Shown here: positions 1 to 13,135 of the stretch, one piece after another | Layout of the letters: each line of letters opens with the position of its first letter | How positions within the stretch are numbered: the stretch's first letter is position 1 | DNA from: Octopus sinensis | Taxonomy: Eukaryota | Direction of reading: 5' to 3' | Assembly (NCBI RefSeq): GCF_006345805.1 | Contig: NC_042999.1 | Coordinates: 79,608,001 to 79,672,000 of the forward strand | Length of the DNA stretch: 64,000 nt | Notes under the pieces: model-generated | Databases searched by the model: none | What the model was told of the DNA's origin: nothing | The model's input: the letters and a program-made list of their open reading frames with translations, nothing else | Position numbers and translations under genes: made by a program

Positions 1-1090
1 AAATTTCAGCAGAACTGTCAGATTTTCAAAGAGATCCTATTGTTGGGCAATCTGAGGCTGGTCTTAGCCAGCGAAAAAATGCCGAAAATCTTCAAATTCC
101 TCTTTCCACTGTTAATAGAATTATAGTGCTATTCAAAAGCCAAGGAAAAGAATCAAGAGATTATCGTCCCGGCCGACCTGGGCCCACGGAAAGGAAGCTT
201 CGCTTTTTTAAAAGGATTGTGGAAAATGAACCCCGTTCAGAAGCTTCTGGCATTGCAAAACAGCTAGAAGTTAGTCCAAGAAGGTGTGTTATATATCTGC
301 ATAAGCTTGGGTATTATGGACGAGCAGCTAGAAGAAAATCTCTCTTACAACCAATTAATATCATGAAAAGAAAGAAATGGACTAAGATGTCAGTAAAATC
401 CAGTTCATTTTGGGATAGAGTGATTTTCTCAGATGAATCCACAGTGGACGTGTTTCGGTCTGGAGGCATCCTAATCGAGAATTTGATTTGAAACGATTCC
501 AATCAACTGTGAAACATGGCGGTATCTCTGTAATAGTATGGAGAGCTGTCCCCAACAATGGTCATTCTGAGCTGATCGAATGTGTTGTAACCATAAACTC
601 TGAAAAATATATCGAAATACTTAAGAAAGGACTACTTCCGATGTATTCACACGATAACAAAGAAATATGAGTTTTTATTCATGGAAGATGGAACTCCATG
701 CCACAGAGCAAAAAGGAATCAACAATGGCTGATTGAAAATGGGATCAAAAAGCTTCCTTGGCCGAGCCAATCTCCTGACATGAACCCAATTGAAAATCTT
801 TGGCGCATACTAGACAGAGCTATACGAAAAACTCAACAGTATCTTAAATCTAAAGATGAATTGTTTCGATCGTTGCGAGAAAATTGGGCAGAAATTCCAC
901 AAGAGACAATCACAAAGTTCATCAGTTCAATGCCACAAAGAGTTTCTAAATTAATAACTGCAAAGGGAATGTCAACTAAATACAAAGTATGTAGTCCAAC
1001 CTATCGATTACATTTCAATTGTTCGCTTTGCGTATTAAAAAAATGATTTTGAAAATTAAAGGTGCCTATTTAATTCCTGCATGTCTGTGT
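1..1090 (+). mobile_element. Tc1-family DNA transposon relic (frameshifted DD34E transposase, 3' end)
   Basis: ORFs 126-491, 488-670 and 681-1046 give VIFSDES, EDGTPCHRA and WPSQSPDMNPIENLW. There are 34 residues between the second D and the E. The frameshifts indicate a pseudogenised copy. Confidence 0.9.
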
Positions 1091-1096
1091 ATGTGT

Positions 1097-1255
<159 letters not shown>

Positions 1256-1276
1256 GATGCATATAAATTTAAATTT

Positions 1277-1347
1277 AAAATGAGGGTGAAAAATTGAATA
1301 TTAATTGATTAACATCAATTCAAAACCAGTGGTCTAGCATATTAAAA
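1277..1347 (+). repeat. Short dispersed repeat; second copy on the minus strand at ~63028-63105
   Basis: aaatgagggtgaaaaattgaatattaatt...catcaatt...agtggtctagcat matches the reverse complement of 63028-63105. Confidence 0.55.
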
Positions 1348-1386
1348 TTGAAGGTTCAGAAAATTGTATTACATACATATATATTG

Positions 1387-1417
<31 letters not shown>

Positions 1418-1418
<1 letters not shown>

Positions 1419-1737
1419 CTAGCAGTATCGCCCGGCGTTGCTCAGGTTTGTAAGGGAAATAACTATAAAGCATTTTTAGAGAGTTATAGCCAAAAAATAG
1501 CCAAAAAATGGAAAAAAAATGATGGTAAATTTTTTGAGAGTTAAAAAAGGTGGAGTTGCGTCCCCTAGACGGTCTGTGGTTGGGTTCTGATTCTCGACCC
1601 CATGTCGAATTTATCGATTTTTTCAGAACTGGGGGAACTTTTCAAAATTTTCGCTGCGTTAGTTGGAATTATGACATTGGGCTATGTGTGTGTCAAGTTT
1701 CATCAGGACACACAGAAAACGCACAGACAAACTGCCG

Positions 1738-1745
<8 letters not shown>
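1418..1745 (+). mobile_element. Helentron/HINE-like non-autonomous element
   Basis: Starts ACTAGCAGTATCGCCCGGCGTTGCTC, has a 3' aagtttcatcag and acag-type microsatellite, and is near-identical to 38514-38886 apart from an internal deletion. Confidence 0.7.
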
Positions 1746-1790
<45 letters not shown>

Positions 1791-2388
1791 ATATATGTGT
1801 GTGTGTGTGTGGTGTGTGGTGTGTGCGTGCGTGTGTGTGTGTGTGTGTGTGGATATATATATATATATATATATACATACACGTGTGCATATATGAATGT
1901 ATATGTGTGTATATAGTATGTGCGTGAGTATATTTGTATGGATACAGTGCGAATGAGTGGAAAATAGAAATAAATACATATAATATCTATCCACGAGAGA
2001 GAAAAAGGGATAGGAGAGGAAGAAAGAGAGAGGGATAGAGGCATTTGAGATGGCTATTCCTTGATTGGTGAAAGACAATGTTTCACAGATGCTGTAATTT
2101 GATATTCCGTTTATACGAACAGGAATTAGAAATCACATGTGATATCATATTTTAGTAAGAACGTCTTGTACGTGTACGTGTGTGTGTGTGTGTCTGCAAA
2201 TTACAGCCATGTTCATAAACACATTTATATTGGAATCAAACTGCGCAGGAATACAAATACACAGATACACAGACACATACGCATATGTATGTATGTTTTT
2301 ATGCATTACGTTAATCTTATTTCATACTCGGGTTTCAAACGGCTCGCCTTGTTTAGAAACAAATTTTGATAATTGGTTTATCTATCTA

Positions 2389-2448
<60 letters not shown>

Positions 2449-2577
2449 CATCCATCCATCATCCATCCATCCATCCATCCATCTATCTATGTATCTATCA
2501 TCTATCTATCTATCTAATCTATCTATCTATCGATCTATCTACATCATCTATCTATCTATCTATCCATCCATCCATCT

Positions 2578-3066
2578 TGCCCTGTTGCCCTGTTGCGCCT
2601 CTGCCACCCGGGCTCTCTCGCGGCTCCAACACCTTCGTTCCTTCGAGCACCCAGAAATTGAAAACAGAGGGTTAACCACTTGCAAACAAATGTGGTAACA
2701 TATAACAATATTGACCGAGGTTACCGTGGTCTTTTTCGTAGGCTTTTCTTCCCACGGATAAACCTTATCTGCTTTCCCCTTTACACCGTACATCATGACA
2801 CTGTGATACACGATCCCTATTGATCGTTTTTTTTCCTATCCCCCTTTTTTCCTCTTTTTTCTTCCTTTTTCCTTTTTCTTTTCCTTTTTTCCTTTTTTTC
2901 TTTTCTTTTTTCTTTTTACGATCCCTCTTGATCGAAAACCTACGCCACTTCTTTTGTTTCTTTTGTTTTTTGTTTTTTTTTGCTTTTTTTTTCATCCCAC
3001 AAAAGAAAAGCTCTACCTTGTAATTTGTCCCATCTGTGTGCAGCCCTGTGTGGCCAATAAAGAAAC
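2578..3066 (+). mobile_element. LINE 3' end (C-terminal codons plus T-rich 3' UTR), possibly L1/Tx1 clade, embedded in (TATC)n
   Basis: A short coding-like stretch ending ...TTCKQMW*, then a pyrimidine-rich UTR and terminal ccctgtgtggccaataaagaaa. TATC arrays flank both sides. The clade assignment is inference. Confidence 0.45.
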
Positions 3067-3096
3067 TTATCTATCTATCCATCCATTAATCCATCC

Positions 3097-3178
<82 letters not shown>

Positions 3179-3982
3179 ATCTATTTGTCTGTCTGTCTCT
3201 CTGTCTCGCTTTCTGTCTGTCTGTTGAGGCAACTGTGTCACCCCACCTCTCTCTCTCTCTCTCACTTTCTTTTTACACACACACACACACAGACACGCAC
3301 ACTCACGCATGCACTCTCACACACGCACAAACACACACACACACAAACATTGTTCAAGTATATGCATTTTGTGATGTTTTTGCACTCCACCGTCTCTAAA
3401 TAAATAGTCCTATGATCAATGACGATCTAACCTTGCCCATCCTACCCTTTCAAACCCAGTTACTCTATCTCATACAATATTAAGATATGTTTGATTTTTT
3501 TTAGTTCCAAGCAAAATGATGATATTTGATGGAAATTCAGTTGTATTTTCAAGAATCTATATATAGTCTTCGTCGATGTTGGGCATATAAATATCATGTC
3601 TCTATTGTTTCGCTAATTGGATCGCTGCCACGCTTGGGGTACCGCCTTCAAGAATTTAGTCCCGTGATTCTTATCCGGAGTCCTTGGGCTTCATGTGTGA
3701 CACATTGAGGGTTCAATGTATGATTTTGTTTTTAAAGTTCACGTGCAATAAATTGGTTATGTGTATTGGTTTTCTACAATACACAAAACCTTTTAACAAG
3801 TTTTTTTATGTAATTCCTAATAATATTTAATTGAAAAATATAATAGGACTTTTAAAAATGTCAAATGGCTATGAGGGTCAATCTGTGTAAATTGAGAATC
3901 AAAGGAGTTCCATAAGTAAAAAATGGTGAGTAATGGTTTAGTTAAAGAGATCGACTTTTTTGCACAAACACACACAAACAAC

Positions 3983-4543
3983 ATGGTTCCGAGTTCATTC
4001 CCACTGCATGGAATCTTGAGCAAGTGTCTTCTACTATAGCCTCGGGCCGACCAAAGCCTTGTGAGTGGATTTGGTAGACAGAAGCTGAAAGAAGTTGAAA
4101 GAAGGGCGGCGAGCTGGCAGAAACGTTAGCACGACAGGCGAAATACTTAGCGGTATTTCGTCTGGTGCTACGTTCTGAGTTCAAATTCCGCCGAGGTCGA
4201 CTTTGCCTTTCATCCTTTCGGGGTCTATCAAATAAGTAGCAGTTACGCACTGGGGTCGATATAATCGACTTAATCCGTTTGTCTGCCCTTGTTTGTCCTC
4301 TCTGTGTTTAGCCCCTTGTGGGTAGTAAAGAAACAGGTATTTCGTCTGCCGTTACGTTGTGAGTTCAAATTCCACCGAGGTTGACTTTGCCTTTCATCCT
4401 TTCGGGTTCGATAAATTACGTACCAGTTAAACACTGGGGTCGATGTAATCGACTTAATCCCTTTGTCTGTCCTTGTTTGACCCCTCTAAGTTTAGTCCTT
4501 TGTGGGCAATAAAGAAATAAGAAACTGAAAGAAGCTCGTCGTA

Positions 4544-4616
<73 letters not shown>

Positions 4617-4850
4617 GTATGTGTGTGTATATGTTTGTGTGTCTGTTTTTGTGGCCCCAACATCGCTTGACAACCAAATGTGGCGTGTTTACGTTCACGT
4701 AACGTAGCGGTTCGGCAAAAGAGAATAAGTACTAGGCTTACAAAGAATAAGTCCTGGGGTCGATTTGCTCGACTAAAGGTGGTGCTCCAGCATGGCCCTA
4801 GCCAAATGACCGAAACAAGTAAAAGAATAAAAGAGAGAAAGTAAAGAGTA
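3983..4850 (+). mobile_element. tRNA-derived SINE family A, interrupted by a family B SINE
   Basis: Head acatggttccgagttc...ttgagcaagtgtcttctactatagcc, central (TA)n, tail ...gtactaggcttacaaagaataagtcctggggtcg...gaaacaagtaaaag. About 15 copies occur in the window. Confidence 0.85.
4103..4520 (+). mobile_element. tRNA-derived SINE family B, dimeric, with a Nin/Deu-like core
   Basis: Head ggcggcgagctggcagaaacgttagcacg, B-box-like gagttcaaattcc, core gcctttcatcctttcggggtcgataaa. The body is repeated twice. Confidence 0.85.
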
Positions 4851-5267
4851 AACACACACACACACATATACTCAGAGGGAAGATAAGGATTAACCTAGTT
4901 CATATTAAAGTTCCTACGCGCATTTCACCGTTACGGATGTTTGAAGTCTTGCTATAGATGTGCTAAATGCATATGGATACTCAATCACAACGGATCCAAT
5001 GGTTATACTTCATTTGTATCAAGTGACAAACATCTATGACTTGGTGAAACGGACGTAGAAACCTTAATATGAATTTGTGTTTCTCTTTTTTTTTCTACAT
5101 TTGCTCAAAGGCTCATAATTAGTAATACTGCTCAGTATAGAAGTTAATTAACAACTATACAGGAAGTAGATAATCTACGTGAAGATCTAAATATAACAAT
5201 AGTAATCATGATTCTACTTGTACAAATAATTAATGTATGTGTGTGTGTGTGCGCGCACACACACATA

Positions 5268-5476
5268 TTCTTTTATTTGTTTCAATTACTTAACAGAGGC
5301 CTTGCTGGAGCACTGCAGTGAGGGGTTTTAATCGAGCAAATCGGTCCAAGACTTTTTTTCAGTCGTAGTACTTAGTCTACCTTTTCTTTTTGTCGAACCG
5401 CTATGTTACGGGAACGTTATCACACCGACACCAGTTGTCAAGCGGTGATGGGTGGGGCGTCAAACACAGATACAAA

Positions 5477-5516
<40 letters not shown>

Positions 5517-5681
5517 TATACGACAGTCTTCTTTCAGTTTCTGCCTACCAAAGCCACTCACAAGGTTTTGGCCGACCAAAGGCTATAGTAGAAGACACTT
5601 GCCCAAGGTGCCACGCCTTGGGATTGAACCCGGAACCATATGGTAGGGAAGCAAGCTTCTTACCACACAGCCACGCCTATA
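5268..5681 (-). mobile_element. SINE family A
   Basis: Reverse complement of the family A consensus, with a central (CA)n. Confidence 0.85.
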
Positions 5682-5683
5682 CT

Positions 5684-5717
<34 letters not shown>

Positions 5718-5721
<4 letters not shown>

Positions 5722-5872
5722 CGTGCTTCTTTCAGTTTCCGTCTCCCAAATTTACTCATTAAGCTTTCATCCTCCCACATCTATAATTAGAAGTCATTTT
5801 CCCAAGATGCCGCGCAATAGGACTGAACCTAAGACCATGCGGTTCAGAAGCAATCTTCTTGCCACACAGCCA
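5718..5872 (-). mobile_element. SINE family A, diverged 5' half
   Basis: cttctttcagtttccgtct...ccacacagcc. Confidence 0.7.
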
Positions 5873-6559
5873 TACCATTCACCAGTATAGGCTTCTGCAA
5901 TAAAGAAGAAAGTGAACAAGTTTCAAGTTAATTTTGGACTTTAGACAGCAGTCACAAAGGCAGAGTCCCATGCTGAGCATTAGAGAAACACGGTATGTAT
6001 GGATCACCAGTACTTCACATACAGGAATGTATAAATGCATGTGTGCTTTTATATATGGAGGTATGTATGTGCAATAAAATTGCCCAAGTCTGAAAACTAT
6101 GACAATAGCGTTTCTTAATCGTTGAAATATCATGGTTTATTCATTCACATAATCTTTTTTGTTGCCTTTATAATTATTCGTGAGATTGTTGTTGCTGTTG
6201 TTCTTGATGGTGATGGCGTTGGTGTTGTTGGTAGTGTTATTGTTATTGTTGCTGTTGTTGTTGTACTTCGTTTCGTTTTATTACGATTGTTATAATAAAA
6301 CATGTCGGTTTATAAGAAGTATGGAGAATAGAATATTGAAAAAAAAAAAAACAGCAACGAAAAAACCAAAAAAAATAGATGCAAGTAAATAAAATATGAA
6401 AATAAATTATGCTAAACTGTCAGATTTAATTTAGCACTTCAATCATGGTGGAATTCTTGTTTTATATTTTATTTCGTTTTACTGTATTTCATTCCTCTTC
6501 ATATTTTGTTTATTTATAAATTTATTCTTGTTATTTTTACTGTTTATCCCCGCACCCGC

Positions 6560-6900
6560 CGTTTTTGTTAAGAGGGCAAAAGTTTAGACCTGGCAGTGAT
6601 AAATTAAACTCTAAATATTTTATAGTCTTATTCTAATTTAAAATGATGTATCTGACAGATGAATTGATCTGGAGCTTCTTTAGGAGTATAATTAACTTTC
6701 AACTTCTCATATACTGACATATATAGACGACAGGCGAATGGAATTAGATATATTTGAGAAGACGTAACCCTCTCTTTTAATCGAATGTATAAATATAGTA
6801 GATGAATTGTGCTCTATTTTCTTCTCTGATGCTAGTTTTCAGTTGTCTATATAGATGTAGGTGCATGAATAGGATTGTTATAGTTAAGTTGTTTTAATCT
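6560..6900 (-). mobile_element. Possible Penelope-like RT N-terminal remnant
   Basis: Minus strand encodes NLSLPGLNFCPL, resembling the L-x-x-GLNF-x-P motif upstream of PLE RT. It is a single motif only. Confidence 0.3.
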
Positions 6901-7294
6901 TTCACTGAACGTTGAATAAAAAGTAAACCGGTTGAATGTGCGTATACGTGGCTCTAACACTTAGGTGAAAACACTTCAGTTTATGTAACTTGACTTGCAT
7001 TTACTTTTATTTGTTATTCAACCCAAACACAGCCCTTATCAAGTAAACGTATTATCAAAAATGTTTCAGCAATGGCTGTCTTGTAATTTTGTATAACTAG
7101 GACTGTGTTGTGGCCTTTGTTATTGCTGGGTTGGTTTTTAGGGAGATTTGGCTACTATCTCTAGCAAAACTAACAACAGCGTAAAGGATTCAGGCTCTGC
7201 ACTGTAGGCAGCGGTTGTACAAGAAGATAATTTTTACCATGAGGGAAGATATCAGCATTTGACTTGATTAGATGTGTATCTGCGTAAAACGATT

Positions 7295-7720
7295 AAATAC
7301 ATTGGCTTCAATTTTTGGCACAATGCCAGCAAGTTATTGGGAAGGAGTAAGTCGCTTACATTTACCCCAGAGTTTAACTGGTATTTATGTTATCGACACT
7401 CGAAGGGATGAAAGGCAAAGTCGAACCCGGCGGAATTTGAACTCAGATCCCGCTAAGCATTTTGCACGGCGTTCTAACGTTTCTGTTAGCTCTCGGCCTT
7501 AAAAACGATGAAGTGTATTGATGACCAATTTTGGCACTAGGCCAGCAATTTGGAGGAAGAGGGTAAGTCGATTACATCGATCCCAGTGTTCAACTGGTAC
7601 CAATCTTATCGATAGGCAAATTCGACCTCGGCAGAATTTGAATTTAGAATGTAAAGACGGACGAAATTTCACTAAGCATTTTGTCCGGGATGCAAATAGT
7701 TCTACCAGTTCGCAGCCATA
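7295..7720 (-). mobile_element. Two tandem SINE family B copies (gccaaaatttga-type tail)
   Basis: Two reverse-complement copies of head and core at ~7295-7500 and ~7515-7720. Confidence 0.75.
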
Positions 7721-8439
7721 AAAACAATTAAAAAGTCTGATGTTATGTTATTGTGATGGGGGTGGTCCAGATGGAGTTAGGCAGCCCTGAGGTAAGTAAG
7801 GTCGCAGATCGAACGACAAGGTGCGATTCGCATTCCCAGTTTTCGAGACATACCATTTCGCTGAACTGTTATTCTTTAGCCCCAGGCAGACCTTATGGAG
7901 TAGAACTATAGCAGAAATCATTCAATCTGTAATCTTCTGATCCTTCTATGATTTTCTGTTTTTGATATTGTATATCGTTGGTTCATAAGATAATCCACCA
8001 ACCGGTTTACCGCCGCCGCCACCACCACCATCACCACCACCACCGCCATCACCACCATCCACCACCACCACCAACACCACCACCACCATTGTATCTGGTA
8101 TGTTTAATGTAAAACAGCAATAAAAAAAGAGTAAATTAAACCACAGAAATATACAAAAATCAATCACTGAATTTATAAGAATACTTTATTTACATGTTAT
8201 TTCTAATTAGTTCGACCATATTTCTCATTCTGATTAATTTAAATTTACGATATTTAATAGTTCAAATTAGTAGAAACAACTGTTAATATACTTTGATCTA
8301 AAAATCTTGTTTTCTTTTTTTTTTTTACTATAACAGTTACGTGGCATTCTTATAAAATTAATTTGTAGTTAAGAAAAAGTGAACTGATTTTGAGAACGGA
8401 AAAGTATCTGAATATCGGAAAAGAGTTGCCTCTATCACA

Positions 8440-8790
8440 ATGATTCGCGCCGGAAAACCAAAATACCGACATCATGACTGATGATCAATACTTTGTAAGC
8501 ACTGTAAAACGTGACATGGACAGCCGCAACGGAGACTACGAAGCCATGACAAGTAGGAATGGATACAGCAGGTCGTATTTCACCCACCATAACATGGCCT
8601 AAGGTTCAATTTACACGTTTGCTTGAAGCTGCCACAGCCTGTGGTCAACTCTTAGCTGGAGAGAGTTGCTGACGGAAGGCCATATATGTGGAAGCAGAAT
8701 TCTACTCCTTGCCATACCTCCAGAAAGTACCAGAAGTGGTTGTCGGCTGGTCAAATTCGTTCATGGACCAGCATTTCCTTAGCCTTGAAA
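8440..8790 (+). pseudogene. Degraded LINE ORF1-like fragment related to 9169-9633
   Basis: Frameshifted IPPE(V)..KWLSA resembles VPPEVETQWLVST of the neighbouring ORF. Weak. Confidence 0.3.
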
Positions 8791-8849
8791 CGCTAGGAGA
8801 AAAAAAAGAATAACTCGCACACACACTCGAATACAAATAAATCAAGAGA

Positions 8850-10248
8850 CGTGAAAGTGAACGCTGTCAACGTCATTGATACTGCAACCTGTCACCACCA
8901 TTAACAGCCCTGTCACCACCATCACCACTACTACTACTACCACCACCACCACCAACAACAACGAAATCATCACCAAGCGGTGACCTCCACCAAAGAAAGT
9001 ACCACCAACACCAACACCACTACTACAACTAACACCTCCGCTAACGGCACCACCACCAAAGACAAAAGAAATTTCGCGTAAGCGATAAAACAAAAGAGAA
9101 CTATCGTAAAATTCAATGCACAAGAAATAAACAACTCAAAGGCGCTTCTTAGCAAAGAAGGGGATAATTTGCATGTTCACATGCCAAAACATACCATAGA
9201 AAACACACAAAAAAGGACAACAATATATAAAATTATCAGCACGAAGACAATACGACAGGAAAATGCACCACAACCAAAAATAGAAAAATGCCTTCGCCCT
9301 GTACGGAAACACAAAGAATACGTCAGTTGGTGGGATAGATTCGGCACAGTTCAAGTGCGATTCCACAATGAAAATCTGGCCAAACAATTTTCAACATTAA
9401 CTTTCCATACGGACGAGTTGGTGATGATACCAATATACTTAAGCAAGAGAGTGACGAAAGTCACAGTAAAAACTGTGCCACCAGAAGTAGAAACACAATG
9501 GCTAGTATCTACTATCTGCTTTGAAATGGCAGAGACTAACATTCTGGAAATTGCTGCTTTAGAACAGCAAAACTGGGTCGAAAGATACTTCAAATACTTA
9601 GGCAAATTGATCAGCCATCAATTGACAAGATAACCACCCCTGCAGAATTGTCAGAAGGCTACATACTGTATGCAGTGGTGAAGGGCAGGCGGCGACGCTG
9701 CTATCTGTGCGGCAGCGATGCGCATTTAAAAAAGATTTATCCAACTGCCGCACAACAAGAGTAACAACAACAACCACCACCACCACCACAACCAAAACAC
9801 TCTGAGAAAAACGCGATACTACCCACACCACACAGAAGACGATTAAAGAAGCATACCAACCAAATCCATCAACATCAACAATCGAAAATAAAACAGCACC
9901 TGAAAAATACCACCACAACAACAGCAAGAACTCAAAGTACAGGAAAACCAAAAGAAGATGCTAAAATTGATCCCTCTTCCCCTGTATCACATACATCTCA
10001 CGCAAACAATCAACAACTAACACTAACGAATGCAACAACACGACTATTTACACAAACATATATAGACGCTTACAACATGACCTTGCCCACATCCGATTCC
10101 TCAGAAATTTCGTCGGAAGACGAAAGCAGTGAGGAATAGCAAATAGCCAAAAAAAGGAAGGAGGAAGATGAGCAAAAAAAAGCAACAAAAGCAAACACAA
10201 AGCAAAAAAAAAAGCAAACAAAAGCTGGGAGATACACTACTCCCGAAG

Positions 10249-10250
<2 letters not shown>
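8850..10250 (+). pseudogene. LINE ORF1 (gag-like) relic with zinc knuckle; no ORF2 follows
   Basis: ORF 9169-9633 (GTVQVRF...TVPPEV) continues after a frameshift into KGRRRRCYLCGSDAHLKKIYP (~9680-9745), a CX2CX4HX4C knuckle with the last C replaced by Y. A low-complexity T/K/E tail follows. Confidence 0.6.
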
Positions 10251-10282
<32 letters not shown>

Positions 10283-10974
10283 GCATATATGGGTACAGGA
10301 CGTCACCAACTGTGCAAACTACATGAAACAAGTAAACAAACAAGTAAAATACGTAAACAACGAGAGAAAAAATGGAAAAGAAGACAAGCAAACACAGTTG
10401 TCGGCTGTCTATCTACTCCTCATTTGGAGCATTCAACGACAATATGAGTCTTCAAAGACAGTTGTTCCCATAAATTTTAAATACAATTTAGGATGTATGG
10501 AAGGTCAAAGTTGGGAACAAAAAATACGACAGTGGAAACATACAAGGAAACCGAACGAAAACAAACAGGGAGGGTCGTTAAACCAGAACGAGAGGAAAAT
10601 AGTGAATGCTGGGCGAGATAGTTTCTCTGAAAAGAGAAAAGATAAAAAGAAAGAGAAAAAACATCCACTCTTTTGAACGTCTGAGCAGGAAAAGAACGAT
10701 GGTCACGTGAGGAAAAGAACGATGGACGATGATCAAGTCTGAGCAACGAGAGCAAGAGAAAAAGAAAAAGAGGGGAGAGCGAGTGAGAAAACGAGAAAGA
10801 GAGGAGTGAGAGAGAAAAAAGAGAAAGAGGAGGAGAGAGAGACAGCTAGAAAACGGTGAAAGAGGAAGGGGGAGAAAAAGGGAATTAGAGAAGGAAGGAG
10901 GATGAGAACAGTATAGAGTCGCATCAAAAACTTGAAGAAAAACTCCTTCTCTCTCTCTATATATATATATGTAT

Positions 10975-11215
10975 GTATTTATGTGTCTATGTTTTTGTAC
11001 CTGCGTTTTCCCTCCCACCATCGCTTGACAACCGATCTTGGCGTGTTTACGTCGCCGTAACATAGCGGTTCGGCAAAAGAGACCGACGAAACAAGTACTA
11101 GGCTTACAAAATATAAGTCCGGGAGTCAATTTCTTCGAATAAAAACCTTTCAGGTGGTGCTTCAGCATGGCCGCGGTCAAATGACTGAAAGAAAAGAATA
11201 AAAAATAAAAGAATA
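10975..11215 (+). mobile_element. SINE family A, 3' half
   Basis: catcgcttgacaacc...gcggttcggcaaaagagaccg...gactgaaagaaaagaataaaa. Confidence 0.8.
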
Positions 11216-11269
11216 CATAAAATATGTATGTGTGTGTGTGTGTGTGTGTATACATATAAATATACATGG

Positions 11270-11446
11270 GTGCAGGAGTTGCTGTGTGATAAATAGCTTG
11301 TTTACCGACCACATGGTTGCGGGTTCAGTCCCAATGCCTTGTTAGTGAATTTGGTAGACGGAAACTGAAAGGAGCCCATCGTGTATATATATATATATAT
11401 AACGGGAAGCTTTATGAAAATAAACAAAAGACGAAGGCAGGTGGAA

Positions 11447-11501
<55 letters not shown>

Positions 11502-11705
11502 CGTTTTTATTTCTCTTTCCATTTCAGAATTACAACTATTAGTGGTTTGGAGTTTGGCTGCTCTTTCTAGTGAGTCGGATGTCCTATTATGGCAATCCCT
11601 TATATGTTTGAATGTATCTTATATAGTCTATTGACTATTTATTTTCTCTTTCTCACTTGACCGCTGGTAGCGGAGAATTTTTCTAGAATTTTTTGCTACT
11701 CTAAA

Positions 11706-11752
<47 letters not shown>

Positions 11753-12000
11753 ATATATATTATATATATATATATATATATGCATATGTTGTGTGTCTGT
11801 GTTTGTAACCTCACCATCGCTTGACAGCCGATGCTGGTGTGTTTACGTCCCCGTAACTAAGCGGTTCGGCAAAAGGGATCCAATAGAATAAGTACTAGGC
11901 TCACAAAGAATAAGTCCTGGGGTCGATTTGTTCGACTAAAGGCGGTGCTCCAGAATGGCCGCAGTCAATTGACTGAAAAAAGAAGAGAATAAAAGAGATA
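11270..12000 (+). mobile_element. SINE family A with ~300 bp of foreign sequence inserted in its central microsatellite
   Basis: Internally deleted head at 11270-11390, unrelated sequence at 11400-11700, tail at 11785-12000. Confidence 0.7.
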
Positions 12001-12107
12001 CGTATATATATATATATGCCGGGTCATAGTGCTAGTGCATGTATATATGTGTATATATATGTGTACATATTACATGTACATATTACATGTACATCTATAT
12101 ATGTTAG

Positions 12108-12463
12108 TTAGTTAGTTAGTTAATTTGGCTCAAAAGCAAATAGCAAGGCCATGTAGGGGGACATGGAGTTAAGTACAGGGTGGTGTTCATGTAAAGAGTT
12201 CAGGCCACTTGAGGTCAAGGGAGGCTTTGAACAAAGCGGTCGTCGGCATCTTCACCATCTTGTCTGGCAGCTTGTTCCACGGATCCGCAACCCGGACGGA
12301 GAAAGCTCCTCTCCTTCGATTGAGATGAAATCGTCGCAGGTAGAGCTTTTCGGAATGACCCCGCAGCCGACGCTCTGGAGCAGGAGTGAAGAACAGCTCT
12401 TTCGAGAGGTTACATTTTCCGCTTATGATGTTGTGGGCGAGAATGAGATCACCACGGCGGCGG
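12108..12463 (-). mobile_element. CR1-like LINE 3' end
   Basis: RRRGDLILAHNII...LRGHSEKL...RRGAFSVRVADPWNKLP...FKASLD followed by a (taac)n tail. Confidence 0.85.
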
Positions 12464-13135
12464 TGGTGTATATATACATCTACACATAAACTACAAAATA
12501 CAAAGTTATATCTTGATACCGCTAGTGATAACAATACACAAAATATATAACAGACCGGAATTGTTAGCCCGTCTCTTGTAATTTCGATCAATTGTATCTT
12601 GTCCTCCCTCTTGTATAGAAGTGTGTCTACAATCCAGCCTACCTCTACTTCTTAATTAAAATTTTTTCCGGGACGTCCTACGGCCCAGATATAAAGGTAA
12701 AAATAAAATATTTCCACTTTACAATTTCGAATCGAGTACTCCCGTTGACTCGAACCTTGCTTCTATTGTGGCGAATTTACCGCCTCTGATTAGATACCTT
12801 TCATACTTGCACCAAGACACTTTTCGAAGGTGCTTTCCTTTATGTGTACAAATCTTTTTTCTCTACATTGTATACTTTATTGACAATAGTCTTTTCTTTA
12901 ATTTAATTTTTTATTATCCATCTGGACTATTCCATTTCTGCACGCTAATTTTATTTTTAATTTATTCCCATTCATGTGAAACCACTTATTCAAGTTCAAA
13001 TCATTGATGCAATTTTATACCAATTGCTATTTTTACTTTTGTCATGTTACTTTAGTTTGATTTTAATTATTACTTACTACATATAATTCAATTGTTATTA
13101 TTATTTTTATTGTTAAAGTGAAAGTATCTGACATA

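Noticed and set aside
5891-5992. Possible exon ending CACG|gtatgt
   Set aside because: All three frames from the upstream AG contain stops. A shorter 48-nt variant has only a weak acceptor.
7771-7797. Good donor CTGAG|gtaagt
   Set aside because: There is no convincing acceptor or ORF upstream.
10578-11312. 244-aa minus-strand ORF
   Set aside because: It is composed of antisense SINE A sequence plus a GA-rich tract.
11528-11569. 42-nt exon-like segment (strong acceptor, GTGAGT donor, hydrophobic frame LQLLVVWSLAALS)
   Set aside because: Its core gagtttggctgctctttctag resembles a dispersed repeat also seen at ~7140 and, reversed, ~43330. It lies inside an interrupted SINE.
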